A DNA stretch of 64,000 nt from Frankiales bacterium (GCA_025465135.1 JAODNA010000049.1:44507-108506), one strand, 5' to 3'. Counted from the first letter of the stretch, positions 25,714 to 34,844 are shown. Notes: generated by a model from the letters alone, not told the origin. Program-made: numbers and translations.

Positions 25714-27819
25714 CTACAGCGATCGGGTCTGGCGGCGCTCATGGTGGGGGCCGCTGTCGCGGAAGACGATCTCCACGACGGCGAAGTGCCCGTTGCTGTT
25801 GCCGGAGAAGTGGAACGTGGCGGGATAGGAGTGCTTGGTTCCGCTCACGCACTGCGGTGTGCAGTCGTTCTCCGACAGGACCCCCTCCGCCGTCGCCTCG
25901 GTCTGACCCCACGACGTCCACGTCAGGCTCTCGGCGATGCTGCTGCCGTCCGCGCAGGCGAGCGCGACGTACGACGGGCGGATCGGCCGGTCGCTGCAGG
26001 TGGGGTCGAAGGTGGTGGGTTGGCCAGCGGATTGTCGCGTCGTGCTCACCTGGTCCGGCTCCACGGGCGACACCACGATGCGGCTCCCCGGATCGCCGGG
26101 CCCGCAGTAGCCCAGCCGGCTCGGCGTGGCGGGCAAGGGGACCTGCAGGGGGAACGCGCGGCCGGGAAGCGTGACGTCGACGGCCGCCGCGAGCGCCTTG
26201 TCGCCAAGGTCGCAGCGGTACTTGCCGAACGCGACATAGGCAAGGCCCCCGACCGGAACAGTCACTTCCCCAGCCGGGCCGGCGGTGATGGTCTGGCTGC
26301 CGGTGTGCTCGATGGAGAACGCGAGCGGCTTGCCGCGAAGGTCGAGCAGGGTGAGCTCGGGGTAGCCGTCGAGCACGCACGGCCCTGGACCGATGTTGGT
26401 GATGGCGAGCAGGACGCCACTCTCACCGCCGGCTCCGCCCGCGGCCGGGCTGGCGGAGATGGCGAGCTTGGATCGCTCGCAAGGGCCGGGCGAGGGCAGT
26501 GGCGGCGGCGGACGGGTGGAACGGGCAACGGAATAGGCGGTCCACCGGCTCGTTCCGGTGCCCGACCAGACGGCGCCGGCGCCGTCGGCCTGGCCAGGGG
26601 CGACGCCGCGACCGTCCAGGAGGACCTGCACGGGTCCGAAGAAGTCAGAGTTGTCGGTCACCGGCACCCAGGAGTGGCCGCCGTCCGCGGTCGCGGAGAC
26701 CTCGCCGCGCGACGCGCTGACGTAGGCCGTCGAGGCGCTCGACGCGGCGATGGAGGCGGCGTAGCCGCGGTCGGGCAACAGCGCCGCCGGCCGGAAGGGC
26801 TGCCCGGTTCCCGACGACACGAAGACGCGCTTGCGCTGAAGTCCCGCGGACCCCTCTTGCGTGCACAGGACCCACACGGCCCCTGTCTGCGTGGTGCTGA
26901 TGTCGGCGGTGCTGTACGGACCTGCGCCGTCCGGCCCCTGGCACGGTGCGGCCTCGCGGGTCCACGTGCTGCCGTCATCGGCGGAGGTGAAGATCGCGTC
27001 CGGCAGGAGCTGGGCCGCGCCTACCGGCTGGCGGACCGCCACTGCGGCACGCCCTCCTGCCGCCCGCGACACGACGACTGCGCCACCAGCATGCGAGGTG
27101 GGCAACGGGAGGGTGGCGAACGATGCCGGGTCCTGTCCGGCCTTCCCGCCGCGTAGCCCCAGCGCGCAGCCGTCGGCGCCGGGCCGGGCCGGGCAGTCCA
27201 TCGTCGCGATCCAGACCGAGTCGGAGTCAGGAGCGACGTCGAGATCGACGAGCTGACCGGCCAGCTGATCCCGGCTCGTCCAGGTCGCGCCGTCGTCGTT
27301 GGAGTAGGCCAGGCCGTTGCCCCAGACGTAGACGCTGTGCTGACCTGCCACCGAGACGCGACGGACATCGGGTGCGTGAGCGCCCTCGGGAAGAACGCGT
27401 TCAGTACCGGGGTCGAGGGTCCGGCCGCGGTCGGAGGTGAGACGCAGCAGCTGCCGGCAGGGACTGACGTCGGCCAGGCAGGTGCCGACGACGGCGGCTC
27501 CCGTGCCGTCGGGGCGCAGGGCGATCGCGGACACGAACGCTGGGGGTTGCGGCGCCGGAGACGGGGAGTCGGTCGGCTCGCCGGTCGACGTCGCGGCCGG
27601 AACCGGCGCCGCGGTGCGGGCAGCGTTGCGAGTGGCCGCCGTCACTCCCCCAGCCACCGCGATCACGGCGAGCACCGAGGCCGCCGCGGCCAGCGCTGTT
27701 CTGCGCCGGCGCGCGCGCCGGAGCCGACCATCGAGCCAGCTCCCGTCGGTGTGGACCGCGCGGTGGCGTTCGCCCAGATCGGCCAGCAGTGCAGCCAGGC
27801 GACGCTCCTCAGGCGTCAT
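25714..27819 (-). CDS. ECF cassette 5 partner P5: single-pass membrane protein with BNR/Asp-box beta-propeller + DUF4232-like + C-terminal Cys-rich domain
   Basis: It overlaps sigma-5 by 11 nt. The N-terminus is MTPEERRLAALLADLGERH...RRARRRRT followed by a TM. Asp-boxes are SNDDGATW, SADDGSTW and TADGGHSW. The DUF4232-like stretch is CERSKLAISASPAAGGAGGESGVLLAITNIGPGPCVLDGYPELTLLD. Confidence 0.85.
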   Translation of the reverse strand: MTPEERRLAALLADLGERHRAVHTDGSWLDGRLRRARRRRTALAAAASVLAVIAVAGGVTAATRNAARTAAPVPAATSTGEPTDSPSPAPQPPAFVSAIALRPDGTGAAVVGTCLADVSPCRQLLRLTSDRGRTLDPGTERVLPEGAHAPDVRRVSVAGQHSVYVWGNGLAYSNDDGATWTSRDQLAGQLVDLDVAPDSDSVWIATMDCPARPGADGCALGLRGGKAGQDPASFATLPLPTSHAGGAVVVSRAAGGRAAVAVRQPVGAAQLLPDAIFTSADDGSTWTREAAPCQGPDGAGPYSTADISTTQTGAVWVLCTQEGSAGLQRKRVFVSSGTGQPFRPAALLPDRGYAASIAASSASTAYVSASRGEVSATADGGHSWVPVTDNSDFFGPVQVLLDGRGVAPGQADGAGAVWSGTGTSRWTAYSVARSTRPPPPLPSPGPCERSKLAISASPAAGGAGGESGVLLAITNIGPGPCVLDGYPELTLLDLRGKPLAFSIEHTGSQTITAGPAGEVTVPVGGLAYVAFGKYRCDLGDKALAAAVDVTLPGRAFPLQVPLPATPSRLGYCGPGDPGSRIVVSPVEPDQVSTTRQSAGQPTTFDPTCSDRPIRPSYVALACADGSSIAESLTWTSWGQTEATAEGVLSENDCTPQCVSGTKHSYPATFHFSGNSNGHFAVVEIVFRDSGPHHERRQTRSL

Positions 27820-28336
27820 GGCGCACCTCTTGGGCGTGATCAGGATCGGACAGGAGGCCGCTTTGCCGGAGCGCTTCGAGCGCCCGGTTGGCTCTGCTCT
27901 TGACCGTCCCCAGCGAGCAGTCGAGCGCGTCGGCGGTCTCGCGCTCGGAGAGCTGCTGGTAGTAGCGCAACACGACCACAGCCCGCTGCTGGTACGGCAG
28001 CGCGCGAAGAGCCCGAGCGAGGGCGTCCTGGGTCGCCATACGGTCGGCGTCGTCGGGCCCGGCAGCCTCCGGCAGCCGGGCGGTCGGCACCTCGCCGCTC
28101 CATCTGCGCTGCCCCCAGCGCGCCGCCAAGCGGACCATGATCATGCGCGTGTAGGCCTCCGCGGCTCCTTTGTCCGCAAGGCGGTCCCAGCGCATGGCGG
28201 TCTTGGTCAGCGCGGCCTGCACGAGGTCCTCCCCTGCTGCTGTATCCCCGACGAGCAGCGAGCCGGCGCGCACCAAGGCCGGGTAGCGGCCGCGCATGAA
28301 CTCCGCGAACTCGTCATCGGCCCGGTGCACCCTCAC
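27809..28336 (-). CDS. ECF sigma factor 5 (subfamily A)
   Basis: Region 2 is EFAEFMRGRYPALVRAGSLLVGDTAAGEDLVQAALTKTAMRWDRL. Region 4 is QQRAVVVLRYYQQLSERETADALDCSLGTVKSRANRALEALR. Confidence 0.9.
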   Translation of the reverse strand: MRVHRADDEFAEFMRGRYPALVRAGSLLVGDTAAGEDLVQAALTKTAMRWDRLADKGAAEAYTRMIMVRLAARWGQRRWSGEVPTARLPEAAGPDDADRMATQDALARALRALPYQQRAVVVLRYYQQLSERETADALDCSLGTVKSRANRALEALRQSGLLSDPDHAQEVRHDA

Positions 28337-28355
28337 CTCGCTCTCACTCTCTAGG

Positions 28356-28378
28356 AGACATCAGCGGCCGGGAAGGTT
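28356..28378 (-). promoter_or_regulatory. ECF-type promoter candidate for sigma-5 (GGAACC-N15-GTCT)
   Basis: The reverse strand reads CGGAACC-ttcccggccgctgat-GTCTCC. A 19-nt purine-rich leader precedes GTG 28336. Confidence 0.45.
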
Positions 28379-28382
28379 CCGT

Positions 28383-28411
28383 GCGCTCGCCTACGTCGGG
28401 TTGGCGAGCGC
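28383..28411 (-). terminator. Hairpin (9-bp GC-rich stem, 11-nt loop) between cassette 6 and the sigma-5 promoter
   Basis: GCGCTCGCC (28383-28391) pairs with GGCGAGCGC (28403-28411). It abuts the sigma-5 -35 element and there is no U-tract. It is a possible insulator or terminator for the sigma-6/P6 transcript. Confidence 0.3.
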
Positions 28412-28596
28412 GAAGCCAAGGCGGGCCAGCGAGACCGGGACGGGAGTGCTCGTGGGTAATGGCACCACCGTCGGTCCCTCGGTGACCAGCAAGAGCTCCG
28501 CGGGCAGGAAGTCCAGCGAGTCGTTGGTCGACGTCTGTGGTCGCCTGCGGACGATGCGCCAGCCGCGCGAGCTCTTCGGCGCCGCGGCGCCGGGCC

Positions 28597-29379
28597 CTAG
28601 CCGCGTCCGGTGACGAGGCCGGTCTCCAACACCTGGACGTTCGCCAATGCATCGAGGCAGGAGAAGACGCGCTGCTGTTGGGCTTGGGTTCCCGTGACGG
28701 TGACGCCGCGGGTGAGACGGTCGTTGGGCTCCTGCCCCGTTGCCCGAGCTCCGGGCAAGGAGAGGCAGTGCCTGAATGCCTCGTGTCGAGCCGGGGCGTC
28801 GGGGTCGACGCCCCGCTCATAGGCCGCGACGAAGTGGACTCGCACGCCGACGCCGAACACCGCCGCTACCAGTTGGGGAGTGACTTGGCGGTAGGTCAGG
28901 GTGCGATTGTTGCGGATGAAACCGCAGCCGGTGTTCACGTTGAAGACCTCAGTCGCGAGGCTGGCAGAGCGCACCGTGATGTCCGCATTGCGATACGGCC
29001 CCGGATTCTGGCAGGGCCAGGTCCTCTCCACCGGGATCGCCGGACTGTCGTTGGCGGCAGCCAGAAAGGCGGCCAGCCGAGGCTTGGTCAGGTCCTCGCA
29101 AGTCGTGGGGCTTCCGGCGCGACACACGGTCGCGCTCGTTGCTCGTTCGCTCACGAACGGCTGAGACACGACGCCCGGCTGCGAGGAGTCACCTCCCGTC
29201 GGCAAGGCGAGGTACAGCGCCGCTCCGGACGCGACCAAGAGGAATCCCGCCGTCCCGGTCATGGCCACACGACGGCGACGGCGCCTGTCAGCGGCTCGTT
29301 CGAGGACGGAGAACGGCGGGGCGGGCAGGCTGCGTACCGGTGCAGCGAGCTCGTTGAGCAGCGTGGACAGGTCGGTCAT
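28597..29379 (-). CDS. ECF cassette 6 partner P6: single-pass membrane protein with Cys-rich ectodomain
   Basis: Lies in ORF 28597..29925. ATG 29379 forms an ATGA overlap with the sigma-6 stop. The N-terminus is MTDLSTLLNELAAPVRS...AADRRRRRRV followed by the TM AMTGTAGFLLVASGAALYLAL. Confidence 0.8.
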   Translation of the reverse strand: MTDLSTLLNELAAPVRSLPAPPFSVLERAADRRRRRRVAMTGTAGFLLVASGAALYLALPTGGDSSQPGVVSQPFVSERATSATVCRAGSPTTCEDLTKPRLAAFLAAANDSPAIPVERTWPCQNPGPYRNADITVRSASLATEVFNVNTGCGFIRNNRTLTYRQVTPQLVAAVFGVGVRVHFVAAYERGVDPDAPARHEAFRHCLSLPGARATGQEPNDRLTRGVTVTGTQAQQQRVFSCLDALANVQVLETGLVTGRG

Positions 29380-29897
29380 GGTTGCTCCTCCGTCAACAGC
29401 GGTGCGAGCGCGGCTCTCGCTCTGTTCAGCCGGGATTTCACGGTGCCCATAGGAACTCTGAGCTCCTGAGCGACCCTTTCCAGCGGCAGACCGACCAGGT
29501 GGTGCAGCACCACCACTTGTCGCTGAGCCACGGGCAGCGCTGCGAGAGCGCGGGCGACGTCCATCGCCAACAGCGACGGCTCGGGGCTCGTTGTCGCCCC
29601 CTCTATGCGCCCCAACGCGGCGCGGGCCCGCCGGAGCTGTCGAAATCGGTTGCTCAGCAGGCGAAAGGCCACCTGCCGCACCCATGCTTCGGGGTCCTGA
29701 TATCGAGAGATGGCCTGCCAGCGCGGCACCAGCCGGATGAAGGCCTCCTGCACGACCTCTTCCGCCTCGCGGTGGTCGCCGGCGGCGACGGTAAGAACGG
29801 CCAGCAACCGCGAGTAGGTAGCCGCGTAGAAGTCGGCAAGCGCCGTGTGGGACGCCTCCGACTCCGGTGGCGCGGTCGCGTCCTGCTTCACGATCAC
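29376..29897 (-). CDS. ECF sigma factor 6 (subfamily B)
   Basis: Region 2 is ADFYAATYSRLLAVLTVAAGDHREAEEVVQEAFIRLVPRWQAI...DPEAWVRQVAFRLL. Region 4 is QRQVVVLHHLVGLPLERVAQELRVPMGTVKSRLNRARAAL. Confidence 0.9.
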   Translation of the reverse strand: MIVKQDATAPPESEASHTALADFYAATYSRLLAVLTVAAGDHREAEEVVQEAFIRLVPRWQAISRYQDPEAWVRQVAFRLLSNRFRQLRRARAALGRIEGATTSPEPSLLAMDVARALAALPVAQRQVVVLHHLVGLPLERVAQELRVPMGTVKSRLNRARAALAPLLTEEQP

Positions 29898-29904
29898 CTA
29901 GGTA

Positions 29905-29929
29905 ACACCCCGAAGCGGGTGCCAAGGTT
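29905..29929 (-). promoter_or_regulatory. ECF-type promoter candidate for sigma-6 (GGGAACC-N17-GTGT)
   Basis: The reverse strand reads GGGAACC-ttggcacccgcttcggg-GTGTTACCTAG, followed directly by GTG 29897 (7 nt after GTGT, so leaderless-like). Confidence 0.45.
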
Positions 29930-29989
29930 CCCGGTCCCCAGGACGCAGGCAGGGACAGCGCCGACTGTCGACTCGCTGGCGCGCGTGAC

Positions 29990-31126
29990 CTAGCCCGTCC
30001 GTGCGGTGAGCGCGCTACCGAAAAGGCGGCTACACACCGTCGCCCCTCGAGACCTGAAACCGCTAGCCGCCCTCGCGAACGCCGGCCTCCCAGCCTTGGC
30101 CGCGGCCAGGCTCCGTGTCACGGATGCGCGGTCCCCGTTCTTCGCGGAGGCCGCGGCGGTGAGGGTGTCGTCCAAGAACTGAAGCACTCCCCGCAGCGGT
30201 GCGGCGACGAGCCGCTCGTGCAAGGCCGCATCAGCAGACGGCACCTTCACCAGGAGGACCCGTTCCACTCCCTCCCGCAGCGTCAACCCCAGATCCGTGA
30301 TCGCCGGGGGTGCAGGCCGCGAGTCTGCTGCGAGGAAGGCCAGAGAGCTGATCGACTCACCGCACGCGCCGTCGGCGGCGAGGACCCATGCGGCGCGGCT
30401 CACCGCGTCGCGTCGGCTGGCGACCTTCGAGCTCGGCGTCGCAGGGACGTCGTGCGTCCCGAACGCGGCCTCGAGAGCCGACGCCCAGTACGCCGCTGCG
30501 GCGTCGAGCTGCTCCTGTACCTGCAAGACCGTGTCGATGCCCCCCGGGTCCGTCCCGGGCGCGCCGGGAGTGCGCCCGACGCTGACCGCCGTCGACGCGA
30601 GACTGTCCAGAGCCGTCACAAGTCCTGTGGCAGCTCGTGCTGCCGCAGCAGGCGGCTTCACCCTGCGCAGGGCAGCCAGTTGTGCCGCAAGCCCCTCCTG
30701 CACGCCAGCTCGGGTGAACACGTCCGCGCGCACGTCCGAGCCGACCTGCCCGAGCACCAACGTGTCCGTGGTGGCGTCGAGCAGCGGCTGCACTTGGTCG
30801 AACACTGCTTCAGCTATCGGTCGGACAGCCCTGCGGAAGCGGTCCACCGCCGCCCGCTTGGCCGACGCCGCGCGCGCCACCTGCTGCTTTGCCCGGAGCG
30901 AATCCACCGCCAAGCCATCGGAGACGAGAGTGCCGACCAAGGCCATGCAGACGGCAACGGGAAGCGCGACCCGGGATCGACGTGAGGCCAAGGCGACTCC
31001 GGGCAGGTGGCGGTCCGACGGGGTCCGCGGTCGACAGAAGGCTTCGATGTTGCCACGCCAGGGAATCGGCGCGGATCGTTGCGATCGCCCGCTGCGGCCC
31101 AAGCAAACAACAGAAGGCCTGGGCAT
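29990..31126 (-). CDS. Hypothetical membrane-anchored Ala-rich protein
   Basis: 378-aa ORF with one hydrophobic segment (VALPVAVCMALVGTLV), followed by helical, Ala-rich sequence. The start is uncertain (ATG 31126, or TTG about 30991). No domain recognised. Confidence 0.6.
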   Translation of the reverse strand: MPRPSVVCLGRSGRSQRSAPIPWRGNIEAFCRPRTPSDRHLPGVALASRRSRVALPVAVCMALVGTLVSDGLAVDSLRAKQQVARAASAKRAAVDRFRRAVRPIAEAVFDQVQPLLDATTDTLVLGQVGSDVRADVFTRAGVQEGLAAQLAALRRVKPPAAAARAATGLVTALDSLASTAVSVGRTPGAPGTDPGGIDTVLQVQEQLDAAAAYWASALEAAFGTHDVPATPSSKVASRRDAVSRAAWVLAADGACGESISSLAFLAADSRPAPPAITDLGLTLREGVERVLLVKVPSADAALHERLVAAPLRGVLQFLDDTLTAAASAKNGDRASVTRSLAAAKAGRPAFARAASGFRSRGATVCSRLFGSALTARTG

Positions 31127-31135
31127 CTCACGGCG

Positions 31136-31684
31136 TTAGAGGCTCAGGTCTGCTTGGACCAGGGAGAAGATCGCAAGGTCGACCCGCCCGGCATGGATGT
31201 AGCCGGCGCGCCGTGCCACCCCTTCGCGGAGGAATCCGGCCTTCTCGGCCACGCGCAGCGAGGCTGCGTTCCCCGTAGCGATCCGCAGCTCCACCCGGTG
31301 CAAGCCGAGGTCTGTCAACGCCCACCTCGCCATCGCCTGTACGGCCTCCGTGACGAACCCCTGCGACCTTGCCCACGGGCACGCCAGATAGCCGATCTCC
31401 GTCACCCCCGCTGCCCATTCGGTTCGCTTGAAGTCGATGGTCCCGGCAAGCTGACCGGCCGCGTCGATGGCTCGCACGAGGCCGAAGCCGGAACGCTGCC
31501 GGTCAGGAGCGACCTGGCCGATCCATCGCAGAGCGTCGCCCTCCGAATAGGGGCGAGGGAGAGGGAGCCACGTTTGCGTCAGATCGTCGGAACCCGCAGC
31601 CGCGAGGGCAGCAGCATCGGTCATCTCCAACGGCCGAAGCGTGAGCCGGGCCGTTGTCAGGGTCGTCTCAGGAAACGTGCTCAC
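31136..31684 (-). CDS. GNAT family N-acetyltransferase (RimJ/RimL-like)
   Basis: The N-terminus is TTARLTLRPLEMTDAAAL. The core is EIGYLACPWARSQGFVTEAVQAMARWAL...LHRVELRIATGNAASLRVAEKAGFLREG. Confidence 0.85.
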   Translation of the reverse strand: MSTFPETTLTTARLTLRPLEMTDAAALAAAGSDDLTQTWLPLPRPYSEGDALRWIGQVAPDRQRSGFGLVRAIDAAGQLAGTIDFKRTEWAAGVTEIGYLACPWARSQGFVTEAVQAMARWALTDLGLHRVELRIATGNAASLRVAEKAGFLREGVARRAGYIHAGRVDLAIFSLVQADLSL

Positions 31685-31717
31685 GCTGCGACGGTATTGC
31701 GCGGGAGGTTCCGGCAG

Positions 31718-32287
31718 TCACCTTCGCCCGGCGTCCAGGGCTGTCGTCAGACTCCGATATGTGGCCGCGATATCGCTCTCCCGCGTCTGGACCGACAGGG
31801 CATCCGGTCTTTCCGCACGGACGGCCTCGATGCGGTCATGCATCTCGGCAAGCGCGTTCGCTCCGCCGATGGTGCGAACGGCTTCGGCATGATGCTCGGC
31901 CCAGCGAGGGTCGTCCTTACGCGCCTCGAACCGAGCGAGGGCGACCTGGCGGTCGTCTGTCAGGTAGACCTCGAAGAACTGTCCACCAGCCGATGCGGCG
32001 GCCTGGGCAAGCTCGTCGATGAACGCCGGCCGCGCGACGTACTGGGGCACGACGACGTCATGGCCGCTGTCGAGGTGCGTACGGACCATCGCCAGGGCCA
32101 TGGCTCTCGCCAGCAGTCCTGATTCCTCCTGACGGAGCTCCCATCCGCCTATCAGGCGACGCAAGCCGTCGATGTCCAGGCAGAAGGCCAGCGGTCTGTC
32201 TTTGACGTAACGCCGTGCGAGCGTGGACTTGCCGATCCCGGGAGGTCCATTGAGCAGGATCACGCGTGGCCCTGGATGGCTGTCCAT
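31718..32287 (-). CDS. P-loop NTPase/kinase (AAA_33-like)
   Basis: The Walker A is LLNGPPGIGKSTLARRY. At about 190 aa it has a small-molecule/nucleotide kinase-like size. The substrate is unknown. Confidence 0.8.
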   Translation of the reverse strand: MDSHPGPRVILLNGPPGIGKSTLARRYVKDRPLAFCLDIDGLRRLIGGWELRQEESGLLARAMALAMVRTHLDSGHDVVVPQYVARPAFIDELAQAAASAGGQFFEVYLTDDRQVALARFEARKDDPRWAEHHAEAVRTIGGANALAEMHDRIEAVRAERPDALSVQTRESDIAATYRSLTTALDAGRR

Positions 32288-32347
32288 CGCCCGAGGTTAG
32301 GGCTGGTGCTCCATACCGTTCGGACGGTGCCGGGCGGCCGTGGGTCG

Positions 32348-33247
32348 CTAGAAGGGCCCGTTCACGACGAGCAGCCGGATGTCCTCCGGCGACGTGGTCA
32401 AGGCGACGCCTGCGTTGAGCTGCGCGGCCGTGTTCGTCGTTCCCCAGACGTCTCCGGCGAGCGCCCAGATGGTTGACCGCGAGGCGGCCGCGCCCGAAAT
32501 GACCGTGGAGCCGGGGGCGCAGCCGAGGCCGACCGGCCTGGTTCCGCCTGTCAGCTGGGCGCTCCCTTGGCCGGTCTGAGCGGTCGAGAGGGATTGGCAG
32601 GGCACGGCCGCGACCGCGAGGCTGCCCCCCGACCCGCCCGCTGCGGTGGCGTGCGTGAAGTGCTCGATGGTCTGCGAGTTGCTCGAGACGTAGAGGTCGG
32701 CGACGTCGGCGGCCCGCAGCAGCTGCAGCCGTCGATGGATCAGGCCGCCGTGCCACCCGCTGCCGCGCGCTGGCCGGCTGACCTGAGTGAGCCGGTCGTC
32801 GGCGACCAGGCCGATCACGAGTCGCCGGGCATCTGTCCTCGAGGCGGGAATGGTCACGTCAACGAAGACCAGGTTGCCGGCCCGGCTCTCGCAGACTGTC
32901 TCAGGCTGGACGGGCAGGGTCGTGCATCCTGCTGGGGATCCGGTGGCGTTGGTCTGTGGCGCGAAGACGCCAGCCGGTTGTACGACGAGGTCTGGGCGTT
33001 CGATCGGTTGCCCCGCCCGGTCGAGCACCCAGAACGCCACCGGAGCTGTCGAGTAGCCGGCTGTCCCGACCTGGATGTGCAGCACGAGCGGGCCATCCGC
33101 AGTTCCAGCCAAGCGGCTGAACGAGTACACCCGGGAAACCGTATGTATCCGAGCGGCATCTGAGGACGGCGACGCCGTCGCGGGACCTGCTGCGAGGCAG
33201 CAACATGCTGCGACAACGGCTAGGGTCGCCCGCGACCAAACCCCCAT
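32348..33247 (-). CDS. Secreted hypothetical protein
   Basis: Lies in ORF 32348..33328. ATG 33247 gives the signal peptide MGVWSRATLAVVAACCCLAAGPATA. No known motif. Confidence 0.65.
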   Translation of the reverse strand: MGVWSRATLAVVAACCCLAAGPATASPSSDAARIHTVSRVYSFSRLAGTADGPLVLHIQVGTAGYSTAPVAFWVLDRAGQPIERPDLVVQPAGVFAPQTNATGSPAGCTTLPVQPETVCESRAGNLVFVDVTIPASRTDARRLVIGLVADDRLTQVSRPARGSGWHGGLIHRRLQLLRAADVADLYVSSNSQTIEHFTHATAAGGSGGSLAVAAVPCQSLSTAQTGQGSAQLTGGTRPVGLGCAPGSTVISGAAASRSTIWALAGDVWGTTNTAAQLNAGVALTTSPEDIRLLVVNGPF

Positions 33248-33506
33248 GACCCATACGGTTCGACACCCGGCACGCCGTTCCTGCCTCAACTCCGACAGCG
33301 GCCCGCGTCGCCCGGACAGGGCACCCATTCAGTGCCACGTCATGAACGGGTCGAGCAGCGGCTCCCGTCATCGCCTGGGCTCATGATGTTCGGCGGTTCC
33401 ACGGCGGCCACCTGAGTCGGAGCATCCGCCGTCGTCCAGGCCCGGCATCCGCGCAGGTAGTCATCTCGGGCGGTGGGATCGACGAACAAAGCACCGACGA
33501 CAAGGA

Positions 33507-33800
33507 TCACCCAACCCAAGCTACGTCGGACCAAGCACCAACGAACGGCACCTCCAGGCGGTGCTTGGACACCCAACGGAAGGCAACCGCGCAATACGCC
33601 ATGAGGACGACCGACAGCACCACGATCGACACGACCGCCGACGTGATGATGCTCAGAGGAAGCATCAGCGGCCCGAGCAGAACCAGAAGCCAGGCGTACT
33701 TCATCCACACCGGAGGCTCGATGTCGTGTGGCCGCTGGAACCGCTTGCCGTACGTCTCAGCCCGACGGTCCAGACCGCGAAGCCGTTGCGCTACACGCAT
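33507..33800 (-). CDS. Small hypothetical two-TM membrane protein
   Basis: Hydrophobic segments are YAWLLVLLGPLMLPLSIITSAVVSIVVLSVVLMAYCAVAF. Third-position G/C bias looks coding by eye. No domain. Confidence 0.45.
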   Translation of the reverse strand: MRVAQRLRGLDRRAETYGKRFQRPHDIEPPVWMKYAWLLVLLGPLMLPLSIITSAVVSIVVLSVVLMAYCAVAFRWVSKHRLEVPFVGAWSDVAWVG

Positions 33801-33932
33801 GCAGTCAGTCTCGGATCTGCGATGCCGCCTGACAAGGAAGGTAGGAGTGGCACCTAGCGTTCTGACGGTGCGGCGGCAAAGACCGGGTCTTCGGAGGCCA
33901 ACCGTTCGGCCGTGAGGTGCATGTCGGAACCG

Positions 33933-34463
33933 TCAGCTGTCGGGAAGTCGTGACCATATCTCGGTGTCCTCGCGTAGATCCTGCTTGAAGTGCCTCGACC
34001 GGAGCACACCCTCACGCACATAACCGCATCGCTGCGCGACCCGCTGCGACGCGGCATTGTCGACGCTGATGTAGAGCTCGATCCTCAACGCTCCCAAGAC
34101 GGAGAGCGCCCAGTCTGTGAGTTGGCTCAGGGCGGCCGTGGCGACACCCTGACCGCGCGCCTCAGGCGCGACGAGGTAACCGAGTTCGACGGTCCTTGTT
34201 GAAGAGTTGATATCAGGAGCGAGAGCGACGCCCAGGAACTCGTCGCACTCGCCCGCGATCGCAAACGCCTCGCGCGTTCCGTCGACTCGTCCGCCTTGGT
34301 AACTCTGTAGCCACGCGCGCTCGAAGCCATCCGGCACGGGCACCGGAACCCTCGAGAAGCGCAGGACGTGCTCATCGGCCAGCATCGCCCGCAACGAGGC
34401 CAGGTGCTGTTCGCCGAACAACACCAGCCCGAGCTGCGGCCGTTGCGGCGGTGCCGTTGTCAT
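33933..34463 (-). CDS. GNAT family N-acetyltransferase
   Basis: Lies in ORF 33933..34529, starting at ATG 34463. The core is ELGYLVAPEARGQGVATAALSQLTDWAL...ALRIELYISVDNAASQRVAQRCGYVREG. Confidence 0.85.
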   Translation of the reverse strand: MTTAPPQRPQLGLVLFGEQHLASLRAMLADEHVLRFSRVPVPVPDGFERAWLQSYQGGRVDGTREAFAIAGECDEFLGVALAPDINSSTRTVELGYLVAPEARGQGVATAALSQLTDWALSVLGALRIELYISVDNAASQRVAQRCGYVREGVLRSRHFKQDLREDTEIWSRLPDS

Positions 34464-34844
34464 GACGCGAGTATGCCGAAAGAGTCGGGGTCCGCTGGGA
34501 GGCGAGTCTCCAACTGGATCATCGGGCACGGCACCTACTTGCGGCGGAGCGAGCCGAGCCTGCGGCGAGTCGCGTCACCAGCGCCACGCGCCATCCATCG
34601 CCGACAGGGATGCCTCTGGGACTGGGCGGGCTTGGGAAGCCACGTTGTTTCGGCAGGCGAAGCAGTCATCCATCAACCGATGGCTAAGCCGGGTGCCGTC
34701 GTGAACCGCCACTTCGTTCGCCGTGGCCAGGGGTGCCATGCGTGGCAGATCGGTGGTTCTCCGTGCCACGACGCGGTGAGGGTGTCATGAAGCGCACAGA
34801 GCCGCGCCCCGGATGGCGCCTCGGGATGACCATGGAGGGAAAGC

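Noticed and set aside
34575-34769. 64-aa minus-strand ORF (MARRTTDLPRMAPLATANEVAVHDGTRLSHRLMDDCFACRNNVASQ...)
   Set aside because: There is no RBS, no recognisable motif, and it overlaps other equally weak ORFs. There is not enough evidence to call it a gene.
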